64,000 nucleotides of DNA from an uncultured Chitinophagaceae bacterium (GCA_964600785.1 CAZRKH010000010.1:23393-87392), one strand, 5' to 3'; shown: positions 9,103 through 18,425, counted from the stretch's first letter. Program-made: numbers and translations. Notes: generated from the sequence alone by a model not told the origin.

Positions 9103-10101
9103 ATGAAAACCCCCGGCATTCATCAGCGGCGGCCCTCACGAATCGACCCGCGGCCGGTCGCAATCGGACGCCGGAGCCTGCTGGCGGCGACTGCAGCTGC
9201 GGGGCTCGCCGGAAGCCGGGGCTGGGCCAAGGATCCGGCCGCGGCGGTCGCCGAGGCTCCCGCGGGCTACCCCACGCCGCCGGAGCCGAAGCGGGGCCTG
9301 CTCTTCTCCTGCAAGTACGGCATGACCAAGGGTCCATCGCTCGAGGCCAGGCTGACCGCGGCCCGCGAAGCGGGCATGGACGGCGTCGATTTCGACGACG
9401 CGGCGTCGGTCAGCCCGGGGGAGCTGCGGGCTGCCGCCGATGCCACCGGCGTGTTTATCCACGGGGCGATCAATCACACCCACTGGAAACAACGGCTTTC
9501 GGCAGAGGATCCGGCGATGCGGGCCACGGCCCTGGCCAACCTCGAGCACTGCCTGCGGGTCTCGCATGCTGCTGGTGGCAGCGGCGTCTTGATCGTGATC
9601 GGCACCGCCGCTGACGGGCCGGAGGGCCCGGCGAGAGCCCGAGAGGAGATCAAAAAGGCGATTCCCCTGGCCGCGGCTCTGGGCCAGCCGATCCTCTTTG
9701 AGAATGTCTGGAACGGACTCTTCTACGAGGACGACGGGCCGCGAGACCAATCAGCCAAGCCCTGGGCCGACTACATCGACAGTTTTGAGAGCCCCTGGGT
9801 GGGGGCCTTTTTCGATCTTGGCAACCATGCCCGCTACGGCGATGTGGCTCAATGGGTGCGGGAGCTGGGCCGGAGGATCGTGAAGCTCGACATCAAGGGC
9901 TATTCCAACGCCAAGGGCGATGCCGAGGGGAAGTGGAAGGGCTTTGTCGATATCACCGCCGGCGACATCGACTGGCAGAGCGTGCGAGCGGCCCTCGGCG
10001 AGATCGGCTTCACCGGCTGGGTGTCGGCCGAGGGCGGCGGCGGCGACGTGCCACGCCTCAAGGACGTGCTCGCCCAGATGCGGGAAGCCCTCATCGGCTA
10101 A
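9103..10101 (+). CDS. Exported xylose-isomerase-like TIM-barrel protein (sugar phosphate isomerase/epimerase family) with Tat signal
   Basis: MKTPGIHQRRPSRIDPRPVAIGRRSLLAATAAAGLAGSRGWA Tat-type leader, followed by GMDGVDFDD...FIHGAINHTHW...ILFENVWNGLF blocks. Confidence 0.75.
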   Translation: MKTPGIHQRRPSRIDPRPVAIGRRSLLAATAAAGLAGSRGWAKDPAAAVAEAPAGYPTPPEPKRGLLFSCKYGMTKGPSLEARLTAAREAGMDGVDFDDAASVSPGELRAAADATGVFIHGAINHTHWKQRLSAEDPAMRATALANLEHCLRVSHAAGGSGVLIVIGTAADGPEGPARAREEIKKAIPLAAALGQPILFENVWNGLFYEDDGPRDQSAKPWADYIDSFESPWVGAFFDLGNHARYGDVAQWVRELGRRIVKLDIKGYSNAKGDAEGKWKGFVDITAGDIDWQSVRAALGEIGFTGWVSAEGGGGDVPRLKDVLAQMREALIG

Positions 10102-10104
10102 GCA

Positions 10105-10136
10105 CCCCCCTAAAAAAATGGGGACGGGAGCGATTT
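10105..10136. repeat. 32-nt element CCCCCCTAAAAAAATGGGGACGGGAGCGATTT, half-copy of the hairpin element at 44379-44435
   Basis: Matches the reverse complement of 44404-44435 at 31 of 32 positions. Lies in the gap between convergent genes (9103-10101 and xseB). Confidence 0.85.
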
Positions 10137-10241
10137 TTCGCCGCAGGCGTTGCGGCCGCTGCGTCGAGTTCGCCCGCCGCAGTGAGGCCGACCGCGATTG
10201 CGGCGGTGGACAACAGGCGTGCCGTGGGCAGTCGCCATGAC

Positions 10242-10544
10242 TCAGGCATCATCGTCATGCTCCTCGTCGCTGGTATCGTCGACTCGGGGCTCGCCATCGA
10301 TTGCCTCTTTGTGTCGCTCAAGTTCCTCAAAGACCGTCGTGATCTCCTGCCGGGTGGCCTTGAGCGTGGCATGCATCGACATGATCAACGCCGCCGCCTC
10401 GCGGGCCTCGCCGGCAAGCTCGTCCATCGGTGTCTCGGAGTTGTCGAGACGGATGAGAATCTCATCGAGCCTGGCCTCCTTCTCCTCGTAGGAAAGCTGC
10501 TCCACTTCGGGGGCGGCGGGTTGCTTGGCGGCTCGTTTGGCCAT
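10242..10544 (-). CDS. xseB: Exodeoxyribonuclease VII small subunit
   Basis: 100 aa. LSYEEKEARLDEILIRLDNSETPMDELAGEAREAAALIMSMHATLKATRQEI. Lies directly downstream of xseA. Confidence 0.85.
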   Translation of the reverse strand: MAKRAAKQPAAPEVEQLSYEEKEARLDEILIRLDNSETPMDELAGEAREAAALIMSMHATLKATRQEITTVFEELERHKEAIDGEPRVDDTSDEEHDDDA

Positions 10545-10546
10545 GT

Positions 10547-12052
10547 TCAGTCCTCCGGCGAATCCTGCGGGGGTGATGAAGCCGGGCCGTCACCGGCTCC
10601 GGTGGTGACATCGCTGACGATGCTCGTGAGTCTCCCATCCGACAGGCGGGTGACAAGGGTTTCGCCCACCGCAACACCCTCGACCGAACTGATCGGCCGA
10701 CCGGTAGCGTCGAGTGTGAGGCTGTAGCCACGGCGCAGGATTCGCTCGGGCCTGAGCGACTCGAGCCTTGCCGAGCGGCCGGCGAGGGCTGTCTCGGCTC
10801 GCGTAACGAGCTGCCGGTAACGGGTCTCTCGCAGCCGGCCGGCAAGGTTCTCGAGCCGACGGACGCGGGCTTCGATCGATCGTGCCGCGGCACCGCTCCC
10901 GGCCTCGGCGGCACGGTCAAGACGGCCGCGGCAGTCGGTGATCCGGTGGCCGGCAGCAGACCGCACGCCCGTGGCTCGCTCAGCCAGTCGGCTCTCGCGG
11001 CCGAGCGTGCTCTGCCAGGCCGCGGCCCGAAGACGGGCGAGATGGCCGAGCAGCTCGCTCTGGGCAAGCGTCTGGGCCTTGCGGAGCCCCTGCAGGAATC
11101 CCTGGCGATTGCGGTCGAGACTGCGGGCGGCCAGGTCGATCGGCCGACGGACGAGGTTGTCGAGCCGCTCAGCGGCCGTCACCAGCCGGTCGTCGAGACC
11201 CCGGAGAGTGGACACGATCGCCTCGGCTACCGCCGTGGGTGTCTTGAAGGAGCTGTGGGCCACCTGGTCGGGCACGCCGGAGTCGATCTCGTGGCCGATA
11301 CCGACCCAGACCGGCACCGGCATCGTGGCGATCGAACGGGCCACCGACTCGTTGTCAAACCAGGCCAGGTCAACCGGCGATCCGCCCCCGCGGACGATCG
11401 CCACGAGGTCCAGCGGTAGCCGCGAGAGGGCCGCCAAGGCCGCGAGCACCTCGGCTTCGAGAGCCTCACCCTGCATCGCGGCCGACGCGAGCACCACGCG
11501 AAAGCCGTAGGGACTTTCCGCGAGCGTTCGCAGGAAGTCGTTGGCCGCCGCGGAGTCGGCAGCGGTCACCAGGCCGATCGCCAGCGGGGCCGCCGGCAGC
11601 TCGAGCAGCCCGTTGGCCTCCAGCAGCCCCTCGGCGGCAAGCCGCTCGAGGATCAGCCGCCGGTTGCGGTCGATGTGGGCCTCGCCGAACGACGGATCGA
11701 CATCGTGGACCTGCAGCGAGAGCCCGTGCACCTCGTGATAGGCCACCGAGGCGAGCACGCAGATTTCGCGGTTGCCTGCGAGCACGTCGGCAGTCCCGGC
11801 AAGTTCGAGCTTGCGGCGGATCCCAACCAGGCTGCTCCGCCAGATGACGAGGTTCATCTTGGCGAGAGTGCGGCCGAGTTCGTCGAGGTCGAGCAGCTCG
11901 CCGTAGAAGTGGCCCGAGCGGGCCGGGCCGCGGGCGACGAGCTGGCCGCGAACCCAGAACCGCCGCGCCGTGACTTCCAGCAGCATGTCGCGGATTCGCC
12001 CGGTGACCGCCGCGAGGCGAAAGACCGTGGGCGGTCGCTCGGCGGTGCTCAT
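10547..12052 (-). CDS. xseA: Exodeoxyribonuclease VII large subunit
   Basis: 501 aa. N-terminal OB fold (FWVRGQLVA...GHFYGELLD), a catalytic region (VRGGGSPVDLAWFDNESVARSIATMPVPVWVGIGHEID) and a C-terminal coiled coil. Confidence 0.9.
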   Translation of the reverse strand: MSTAERPPTVFRLAAVTGRIRDMLLEVTARRFWVRGQLVARGPARSGHFYGELLDLDELGRTLAKMNLVIWRSSLVGIRRKLELAGTADVLAGNREICVLASVAYHEVHGLSLQVHDVDPSFGEAHIDRNRRLILERLAAEGLLEANGLLELPAAPLAIGLVTAADSAAANDFLRTLAESPYGFRVVLASAAMQGEALEAEVLAALAALSRLPLDLVAIVRGGGSPVDLAWFDNESVARSIATMPVPVWVGIGHEIDSGVPDQVAHSSFKTPTAVAEAIVSTLRGLDDRLVTAAERLDNLVRRPIDLAARSLDRNRQGFLQGLRKAQTLAQSELLGHLARLRAAAWQSTLGRESRLAERATGVRSAAGHRITDCRGRLDRAAEAGSGAAARSIEARVRRLENLAGRLRETRYRQLVTRAETALAGRSARLESLRPERILRRGYSLTLDATGRPISSVEGVAVGETLVTRLSDGRLTSIVSDVTTGAGDGPASSPPQDSPED

Positions 12053-12320
12053 CAGCGACTGAAAACTCCGAAAACTCGCGGGGAAACCTGGCAGATTTTA
12101 GCGGATTGTCACAGCCACCACCGCGGGACTCGGTGGCAGGCGGGAAGCCTTGACGAAAAAGTGGCGCCAGCCGCTTGACGGCCGTCGGCAGAGCCTCTAG
12201 GTTATGCAATCGATGTGCAAGTGAGTGGCGGTCGCGACAGTGCTGAGAGAAGTGCGTGGCTGCCAACTGGTACTACAGGAATCGCTCGTGACCGTATCGT
12301 GATCGCCGATGCTGGTGGTC

Positions 12321-12399
12321 GTCAGACGCCCGGGTCTGACGGGTGTTTGTCAGACGCCCGGGTTTGATGGGTGTTTGTCAGACGCCCGGGTCTGACGGG
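12321..12399. repeat. Three tandem 28-nt units, each containing the palindrome GTCAGAC-N6-GTCTGAC
   Basis: Units start at 12321, 12349 and 12377: GTCAGACGCCCGGGTCTGACGGGTGTTT. Unit 2 has two mismatches (GTTTGAT). Unit 3 diverges after GGG. The array lies in the divergent xseA / DUF1559 intergenic region. Confidence 0.9.
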
Positions 12400-12535
12400 C
12401 TTTCCGATCTCTCCAGGTCACCTCTCAGCTCTCCGACTGCTTCATTGACCGTACGGCACGCGGTGCCGGCTGATGGTCGCAGAAGCCCGAGCGAACAGAG
12501 CACGCGATCATGATGCGGCCCCCTCAGGCAGCAGC

Positions 12536-13369
12536 ATGCAACACTCCTCCCCGTCATCGTGCCGTTTTGCAAGGGTTCGCCCCGGCCTCGCGCCGGCGCG
12601 CGGCTTCACCCTCGTGGAGCTGCTCGTGGTGGTTGCCATCATCGGCGGGCTTGTCGGCCTCCTCCTGCCGGCGGTGCAGAGTGCCCGGGCCGCCGCCCGC
12701 CGCACGCAGTGCAGCGTGAACATCCGCGAGGTGGCCCTGGGCATCATCATCTACGCCGACGCCCACCGCGGCCGCTTCCCCTCGCGGACCCATACCGACG
12801 ACGACGATCGGTACCTGCACTGGATCGAGCAGCTCGCGCCGTTCGTCGAAAACGTCGACCTCATCCGGCTCTGCCCCGACGATCCGCTTGGCAGCCTGCG
12901 AATGAACGGCCTGCCGGGCTCGGGGATCGAATTCGTCGACCCGCTGCATCCCGACGAGGAGAAGCGGTTCAGCCCACAGACGAGCTACGTGGCCAACGGT
13001 TACCTCTCCTTCGACGACCAGGCGGCCCGCTCCAAGGGCATCAACGATCTCGACAAGCTGATCGCTCGCTCAAAGACGGTGATGCTCTTCGAGAAGGCCT
13101 CCGATCCGGCCGTGCTCGCCGACACCGAGCTGCAGAAAAACGAACTGCTCGCCAGCCATTTCGATCACACCCATTCACCGACCTGGTTTCGCTGGTATCC
13201 GCACATGCCCACGCGGGTGCTCGACGACATCACCGCCGAAATCCAGATCGATCGCCATTCCGGCGGTAGCCATTTTGCCTATGCCGACGGCCACGTGGCC
13301 TTGATCAGCGAAGACGCGATCGCCAACTGGATTTCCGCCGGCTACGACTTCGCCAAGCCAAACCAATGA
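12536..13369 (+). CDS. DUF1559 protein with prepilin-type N-terminal cleavage/methylation domain (pseudopilin-like)
   Basis: [47 protein letters not shown] at the N-terminus. C-terminal H-X9-DG motif ([17 protein letters not shown]). Confidence 0.85.
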   Translation: MQHSSPSSCRFARVRPGLAPARGFTLVELLVVVAIIGGLVGLLLPAVQSARAAARRTQCSVNIREVALGIIIYADAHRGRFPSRTHTDDDDRYLHWIEQLAPFVENVDLIRLCPDDPLGSLRMNGLPGSGIEFVDPLHPDEEKRFSPQTSYVANGYLSFDDQAARSKGINDLDKLIARSKTVMLFEKASDPAVLADTELQKNELLASHFDHTHSPTWFRWYPHMPTRVLDDITAEIQIDRHSGGSHFAYADGHVALISEDAIANWISAGYDFAKPNQ

Positions 13370-13422
13370 CCTCGATCAATTCCAGCCACCACCAAACCCC
13401 TTCGCGACCAAGGAGCTTTGCG

Positions 13423-14142
13423 ATGCCCACGATACCTTCTGTCGGGAGTCTGCTCTTCGCGGCGGCACTCACGCTCTTCGCCGCCACCGCGTCGGCCCAG
13501 CATGCCGGCGACATTCTGCTCTCGCTGCCCGAGCCGGGGGGAAAGCTCGTCACCTCCGGTGGTGATTTCACCGGTGAATTCGCCGGGCGGGTCTTCGAGG
13601 GCGTGATGCCACCGTCGCTGCCCTACGAAATCGATGCTCCCGGCTTCGACAGCCTCACCGGCACCTTCTCCGCAGGCGATGAGATACGCTTCGACTTCGC
13701 CCGCGAACTGCTCTATTGGAACGGCTCGTCCCTGGCGACGCCGGCCGATCGGATGACGGTCAGTTATAGCTCTTCGAAACAGGCCTCGGTCGGCGGGACG
13801 GACTTCGAAGGGCTCTCCGGCTATGTGATTTCTGCGGCCGACTCAAACGGGGCGTTCCACAAGCACCCGTCTTTCAGCCTGCCCGACACGGCCGCCGACG
13901 GAGTCTACGGCCTCACGCTGACCCTTGGCCCGGGCGACGGCACGAGCGGCTTTACGACCTCCGACCCGTTTTTGATCACGATGCTCGTGGGTAATCCGGG
14001 CGACTACACCGCGGGCGTTGCGGCCCTCGCCGACGCCGCCTTCGCGGCGCCGGTGCCCGAACCCGCCGCGGGGCTGCTCGCGGCCGCCGCCGCCGTGCTC
14101 GCCGGGACCCGCTGCGGCCGGCGAAGGCGTCGGACGGCTTGA
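13423..14142 (+). CDS. Secreted PEP-CTERM protein (hypothetical)
   Basis: AGGAG lies 7 nt upstream of ATG 13423. Signal peptide MPTIPSVGSLLFAAALTLFAATASA. C-terminal PVPEPAAGLLAAAAAVLAGTRCGRRRRR. Confidence 0.75.
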   Translation: MPTIPSVGSLLFAAALTLFAATASAQHAGDILLSLPEPGGKLVTSGGDFTGEFAGRVFEGVMPPSLPYEIDAPGFDSLTGTFSAGDEIRFDFARELLYWNGSSLATPADRMTVSYSSSKQASVGGTDFEGLSGYVISAADSNGAFHKHPSFSLPDTAADGVYGLTLTLGPGDGTSGFTTSDPFLITMLVGNPGDYTAGVAALADAAFAAPVPEPAAGLLAAAAAVLAGTRCGRRRRRTA

Positions 14143-14281
14143 TTCTCGGCGAAAAAATTTCCACATGCAAAACCATTGCAAAACCGGAAAGCCCTGGTAC
14201 GATACGCAAGTGCGTTGCACGTGCTACGCACTTGCGTGATGGCTTCGGCCGCAACTACAGCCCAAACCACCGACAGGAGCA

Positions 14282-15199
14282 ATGCTCATGACCCCCTGCC
14301 TTCCCGTTTGTCTTTCCTGTTTCTTCGCCCGTCCTGCTGTGACTGCTGGCGTGTCCGGTGGTGTGTCCGGCAACGGAGTCGGCCGCCTTGCGATCGCCGT
14401 GGCCGTCCTCGCCGCCGGCGTGCTGCATGGTGCCGGCCGGGCGTCCGCGGCGACCTTCAACGCCGAGCACGGCGACATTGGCGTGGCCTACGATTCGGCC
14501 TCCGCACCGACGGAATTTGAGATGGAACTCCACGTCGGCCAGGGCGGCGTGGTCGACGGCACGACGATCACCGATGCCGACGGCCAGGCCTATGAGCCTG
14601 ACGAGATCGCGGTCGGGGTGCCGGCCGCGGCCAACCTGCGACGGATCAACAATCCGACGGGCGTCTGGGGCGGCACGGCCGACGGCTATGACTTCACCGG
14701 CAGCGGCTATGACGGAATGGGCGTGGCTGCCGGTGGCAGCCTGTGGGTGCTCTCCTTCGACGGCACCGATGCCGACCACTACGGCACGCCCTTTTTGGGC
14801 TGGGCCACGGAGGAGGGCTTTGCCGGTGAGAATTTCACGACCGGTGTGACCTTTTCCGTGTCGTCCTTCGCCGGTCCATCTGGCGGGACGATGGGCGTCT
14901 ACACGGCGTTGGGTTCCAATCAGTGGCTGCTCTCCGATGGCGACACCGATTTCAGCGGAGATGCGTTCACCGTCGGCACCGATGCCCATGTCCACCGGGT
15001 GCTGATGTTCAGCGAGCCGGGGAGCTATTTGGTCGGTATCGACGCCTCGGCCACCCACGCGACTCACGGGCTGGTGAGCGGCTCGGCGGTGTACGAGTTC
15101 AGCGTGGTTCCCGAGCCTTCGGGGCTGGCCCTGGCCGGTATGGGGCTGGCGGCCGTCAGCGTCGCGGTCCGCTCGGCCGGCCGCCGCAGACGCGGGTGA
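14282..15199 (+). CDS. Secreted PEP-CTERM protein (hypothetical; the N-terminal EHGDIGVAYD...ELHV block resembles choice-of-anchor / TIGR03769-like domains)
   Basis: Hydrophobic leader ending AGRASAA. C-terminal VVPEPSGLALAGMGLAAVSVAVRSAGRRRRG. The start codon is uncertain and the domain similarity is only an impression. Confidence 0.7.
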   Translation: MLMTPCLPVCLSCFFARPAVTAGVSGGVSGNGVGRLAIAVAVLAAGVLHGAGRASAATFNAEHGDIGVAYDSASAPTEFEMELHVGQGGVVDGTTITDADGQAYEPDEIAVGVPAAANLRRINNPTGVWGGTADGYDFTGSGYDGMGVAAGGSLWVLSFDGTDADHYGTPFLGWATEEGFAGENFTTGVTFSVSSFAGPSGGTMGVYTALGSNQWLLSDGDTDFSGDAFTVGTDAHVHRVLMFSEPGSYLVGIDASATHATHGLVSGSAVYEFSVVPEPSGLALAGMGLAAVSVAVRSAGRRRRG

Positions 15200-15225
15200 A
15201 TCCCCCTCGCGACGCGAGCATTTTT

Positions 15226-15273
15226 GCGTCCGCAGGCCCGTTCTCTGAACTGGCCTGCGGACGCTGTTTTTTT
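15226..15273 (+). terminator. Rho-independent terminator
   Basis: 13-bp perfect stem: GCGTCCGCAGGCC (15226-15238) pairs with GGCCTGCGGACGC (15252-15264). It is followed by TGTTTTTTT and lies 27 nt after the stop of the 14282-15199 gene. Confidence 0.75.
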
Positions 15274-15493
15274 CGGTTCTGCGGGTAGTTAGCCCTGGCC
15301 GGGCGGTGCGGTTCTCTCTTCAGAAGGATGTGAAGCTGGGCGGTTCCCGCGTGGGTTCCCTCAGGTTGTTCGCAGCCAAAACCGATACCACCAACCTCGT
15401 CTTCTTTTCGTCACGGTGGTTCGCGGCCGGCAGCGGGCAATCCCGCCATGTCCTGCAGCATCGCTCATCACATCGCGTGCCAGGAGGGAAACC

Positions 15494-16606
15494 ATGATCG
15501 CGCATGCCAAGCCCGGAAAATTCCGGCTTCGGAAGTCAACACCTGCCACGTCGGGATCGGTGTCCCGCAAGCCGAAGGCCAAGGCAGCTTCCAAGGTGAC
15601 GTCCGGGTCAAAGTCCAAGGCAACAACCAAGCTACAGTCCAAGGCAACAGGCAAGCCAAAGTCCAAGCCAAGCTCGAAAGTGGTTGCCGACACGGCGGCC
15701 CGCAGGAGACTGCTTGCCGAGCGGCGGGAGAGGCTGTTTTCGACGTCGATCGACTACATCCCCTGCCGCGACTTTCTCAAGGCCGACGCGGAGCGGCTCG
15801 CCAGCACGCCCCCTGATGCGGCCAGGGTTCCGCTGGAACGGACGGGTGCCCCGCCGGCAGGTGACGGGGTGATTTCGCCCTACATCGCCCGGCTGTACGA
15901 CACCCGCCTGCTGGCCAAGGAAGAAGAGCAGTATTATTTCCGCCGCATGAACTGGCTGAAGTTTCGGGCTGCCACGGCTCGCGGCAAACTCGACCGCCGT
16001 CGGGCGACGCTCAGGCAGATGGAGAAGGTGGAGTCGCTGCTGGCCGAAGCGGAGAATGTCAAGCAGATCATCATCACCGCGAACCTCCGGCTGGTGGTGT
16101 CGATCGCGAAGAAGTTCGTCGATCCGTGCAATGCCTTTGAGGATCTCGTCAGCGAGGGCAACATGGCCCTCATGCGTTCGGTCGAGAAGTTCAATTTCGC
16201 CCTTGGCAACCGCTTCAGCACCTATGCCACCTACGCGATCCAGCGACACTTCTACCGGCTTTCCCAGAAGTCGAGGCAGCGGCGGAGCCGCTTCGTCTCG
16301 GATGATTCGGCGCTCCAGGCAGTCGTTGCCTCGACCCCCGATCACGACCATTGCTCGACGTCCCAAGTCGAGGAGCTGCGGCAGACCTTCGCCGGATTTC
16401 TGTCGGAACTCGAGCCTCGCGAGCAACAGATCGTGGTGGCCCGTTTCGGATTCGACGGCCGGCCGCCACGGACCTTTCGTGAACTGGGCAGTTCGATGGG
16501 AGTCTGCAAGGAGCGGATTCGCCAGATTCAGGGACGGGCAATGGAAAAGCTGCGGCTCTTGGCGAACGAGGCCAAGCTCGAGCAGACTGTCGGTGACTGG
16601 TTGTAG
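15494..16606 (+). CDS. Sigma-70-family RNA polymerase sigma factor with Lys-rich N-terminal extension
   Basis: AGGAGGG lies before ATG 15494. Region 2 (NLRLVVSIAKKFVDPCNAFEDLVSEGNMALMRSVEKFNFALGNRFSTYATYAIQRHF). Region 4 (RTFRELGSSMGVCKERIRQIQGRAMEKLR). The N-terminus is KPKAKAASKVTSGSKSKATTKLQSKATGKPKSKPSSK. Confidence 0.85.
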   Translation: MIAHAKPGKFRLRKSTPATSGSVSRKPKAKAASKVTSGSKSKATTKLQSKATGKPKSKPSSKVVADTAARRRLLAERRERLFSTSIDYIPCRDFLKADAERLASTPPDAARVPLERTGAPPAGDGVISPYIARLYDTRLLAKEEEQYYFRRMNWLKFRAATARGKLDRRRATLRQMEKVESLLAEAENVKQIIITANLRLVVSIAKKFVDPCNAFEDLVSEGNMALMRSVEKFNFALGNRFSTYATYAIQRHFYRLSQKSRQRRSRFVSDDSALQAVVASTPDHDHCSTSQVEELRQTFAGFLSELEPREQQIVVARFGFDGRPPRTFRELGSSMGVCKERIRQIQGRAMEKLRLLANEAKLEQTVGDWL

Positions 16607-16654
16607 ACAACGCCCTGCCGCTGTCGGTGAGGATTCCCACAACCCCAGGGGTGA

Positions 16655-17392
16655 GTGAGCGTGACACAGCGGGTGCTTGTTGTTGGCGGTGGGGGCGGGG
16701 TCGGCTCAGCACTGGCGCGTCTGATCACCGCGGCCGGAGGCCGCGTGTTTCTTGCCAGCCGCGACGCATCCCGGCTCGATGCGGTGGCTGGTGAAATCGG
16801 TGCCGCCTCCGCCACGCTCGATGCGGCAGACCTCGCGGCGGTCGACTCGGTGGCCGAAAAGGCGTCGGAAACGCTCGGCGGGCTGACGGGAATCGCCTGC
16901 TGCGCCGGATCGCTGCTGCTCAAGCCCGCCCATTTGACGACTCCGGAAGAATGGCAGGCGACCGTTGCGGCCAATCTCACCAGCGGCTTCGGCTGCGTGC
17001 GGGCGGCAGGCCGTCTGATGAAAGCGGAGGGCGGCTCGGTGGTGCTCGTGTCGAGCGCCGCGGCGAGGATCGGCCTTGCCAATCATGAGGCGATCGCCGC
17101 GGCCAAGGCGGGCCTGATCGGCCTCACGCTTTCCGCGGCCGCCACCTACGCCCGGCAGAAAATCCGCTTCAATGCCGTTGCCCCCGGTCTCACCCGAACG
17201 CCTCTGACCAAGGGGCTGACCTCGAGCGAACTTGCCGAAAAGGCTTCGATCGGCATGCACCCGCTCGGCCGCCTTGGCGAACCCGAGGACGTGGCCCGAG
17301 CGATCGCCTTCCTGCTCGATCCGGCCAACGACTGGATCACCGGGCAGTTGCTCGGCGTGGACGGCGGGCTTGCTGACGTGAAGAATCGCTGA
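16655..17392 (+). CDS. Short-chain dehydrogenase/reductase (SDR)
   Basis: GTG start. VLVVGGGGGVGSALARL Rossmann motif. SSAAARIGLANHEAIAAAKAG matches the catalytic S...Y/H..K region. Confidence 0.85.
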   Translation: MSVTQRVLVVGGGGGVGSALARLITAAGGRVFLASRDASRLDAVAGEIGAASATLDAADLAAVDSVAEKASETLGGLTGIACCAGSLLLKPAHLTTPEEWQATVAANLTSGFGCVRAAGRLMKAEGGSVVLVSSAAARIGLANHEAIAAAKAGLIGLTLSAAATYARQKIRFNAVAPGLTRTPLTKGLTSSELAEKASIGMHPLGRLGEPEDVARAIAFLLDPANDWITGQLLGVDGGLADVKNR

Positions 17393-17444
17393 CGGAGAGA
17401 CTCGATCTCTATTTTCATGCCACCCGCCTGAAAGGTGCCGCCCG

Positions 17445-17807
17445 ATGACCGATCCCGCTCCGATCTCCCCTGCCGACGGTGAACTCCCGGTGGCCGACCC
17501 CTCGGCTCCGCTCGACACGATCCATCATGTCGCGATCGCGGTGAAAGATGTGGGTGAGTCGGTGGACTGGTATCGCAGGCACTTTCGCTGCGAGATCGGC
17601 TACCAGGACGAGACCTGGGCGTTGCTCGAGTTTGGCAACACCCGCCTGGCCCTCGTGATTCCCGGTCAGCACCCGCCGCATATCGGTTTCATCCATCCGC
17701 AGGCGGAGGCCTTCGGGCCGCTCAAGCCCCACCGCGACGGCACGCGGAGCTGCTACGTTCCCGATCCTTCGGGCAACGCGGTCGAGGTGCTCGCCCCGAT
17801 CGAATGA
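17445..17807 (+). CDS. VOC (glyoxalase/bleomycin-resistance/dioxygenase) family protein
   Basis: 120 aa. IHHVAIAVKDVGESVDWYRRHF...HIGF...DPSGNAVEVL. Confidence 0.8.
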   Translation: MTDPAPISPADGELPVADPSAPLDTIHHVAIAVKDVGESVDWYRRHFRCEIGYQDETWALLEFGNTRLALVIPGQHPPHIGFIHPQAEAFGPLKPHRDGTRSCYVPDPSGNAVEVLAPIE

Positions 17808-18340
17808 TCCGCAGCATCCGGTCCCTCAGTGGGTCTGTGGCCGCGGGCCTGCTGGCGACACATCTGGCGGCAACCGCCTTCATGGCGGGTGTGATCTGGT
17901 TTGTGCAGATCGTGCATTACCCGCTGATGGATGGCTGGCCACACGCCGATTTTTCCCGTTGGGAGGCCGCCCACCGGGAGCGGACGGCGATGGTGGTGAT
18001 CCCCGCGATGCTCCTCGAGGGCGGGGCGGCGACGCTGCTCTTGGCAGTCAGGCCGCGTGGGGTGCCCGGCTGGCTGGTCTGGGCCGGCTGGCTGGCATTG
18101 CTGGGCATCTGGGCAAGCACCTTCGCGGTGCAGGTGCCGTTGCATGACGAACTCTCGGCCGGCTGGCACGCCCCGGCACACGCCCGGCTGGTGTCAACCA
18201 ACTGGCTGCGGACGCTGCTCTGGTCGATCCGTACCCTGCTTGCGGTGGCCATGCTCCCCGCCGCCTGGCGGCCCGCCCCCGGCTCCGGCCCCACGGCCGG
18301 GCCCACGGCCACTCCCGCGGCTGAAACAGTCTTGCGGTGA
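17804..18340 (+). CDS. Integral membrane protein (DUF1772-like)
   Basis: 4-nt ATGA overlap with the preceding stop. Four hydrophobic segments. The FVQIVHYPL ... FAVQVPLHDEL pattern is reminiscent of DUF1772. Confidence 0.6.
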   Translation: MIRSIRSLSGSVAAGLLATHLAATAFMAGVIWFVQIVHYPLMDGWPHADFSRWEAAHRERTAMVVIPAMLLEGGAATLLLAVRPRGVPGWLVWAGWLALLGIWASTFAVQVPLHDELSAGWHAPAHARLVSTNWLRTLLWSIRTLLAVAMLPAAWRPAPGSGPTAGPTATPAAETVLR

Positions 18341-18425
18341 GCCGGCCCGGCCCGCTACTTTTCCGCCCCGTCGAGCCGCCGGGAGTTGCGGCCGCGAAAA
18401 AGCGAAGCCACGGAGGACGCCAGCC

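Noticed and set aside
7569-9614. 681-aa plus-strand ORF
   Set aside because: It is antisense to the clearly recognisable MscS gene and out of frame with the 9103-10101 gene. Its Arg/Gly/Pro/Asp-rich composition has no motifs.
10137-10241. Second arm of the hairpin element expected near 10105-10136
   Set aside because: No AAATCGCTCCCGTCCC sequence follows. Only a short unrelated GCCGCA-N5-TGCGGC hairpin is present, so this copy is a half-element and I do not call it a terminator.
12175-12203. Sigma-70-like promoter TTGACG-N17-TAGGTT pointing toward the tandem palindromes and the DUF1559 gene
   Set aside because: The -10 element matches the consensus at only 3 of 6 positions. Promoter consensus in Planctomycetota is poorly defined. 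A second TTGACG lies 26 nt upstream. This is too weak to call as a feature.
12321-12399. CRISPR array
   Set aside because: There are only three units, directly abutting with no spacers, and no cas genes in the window.
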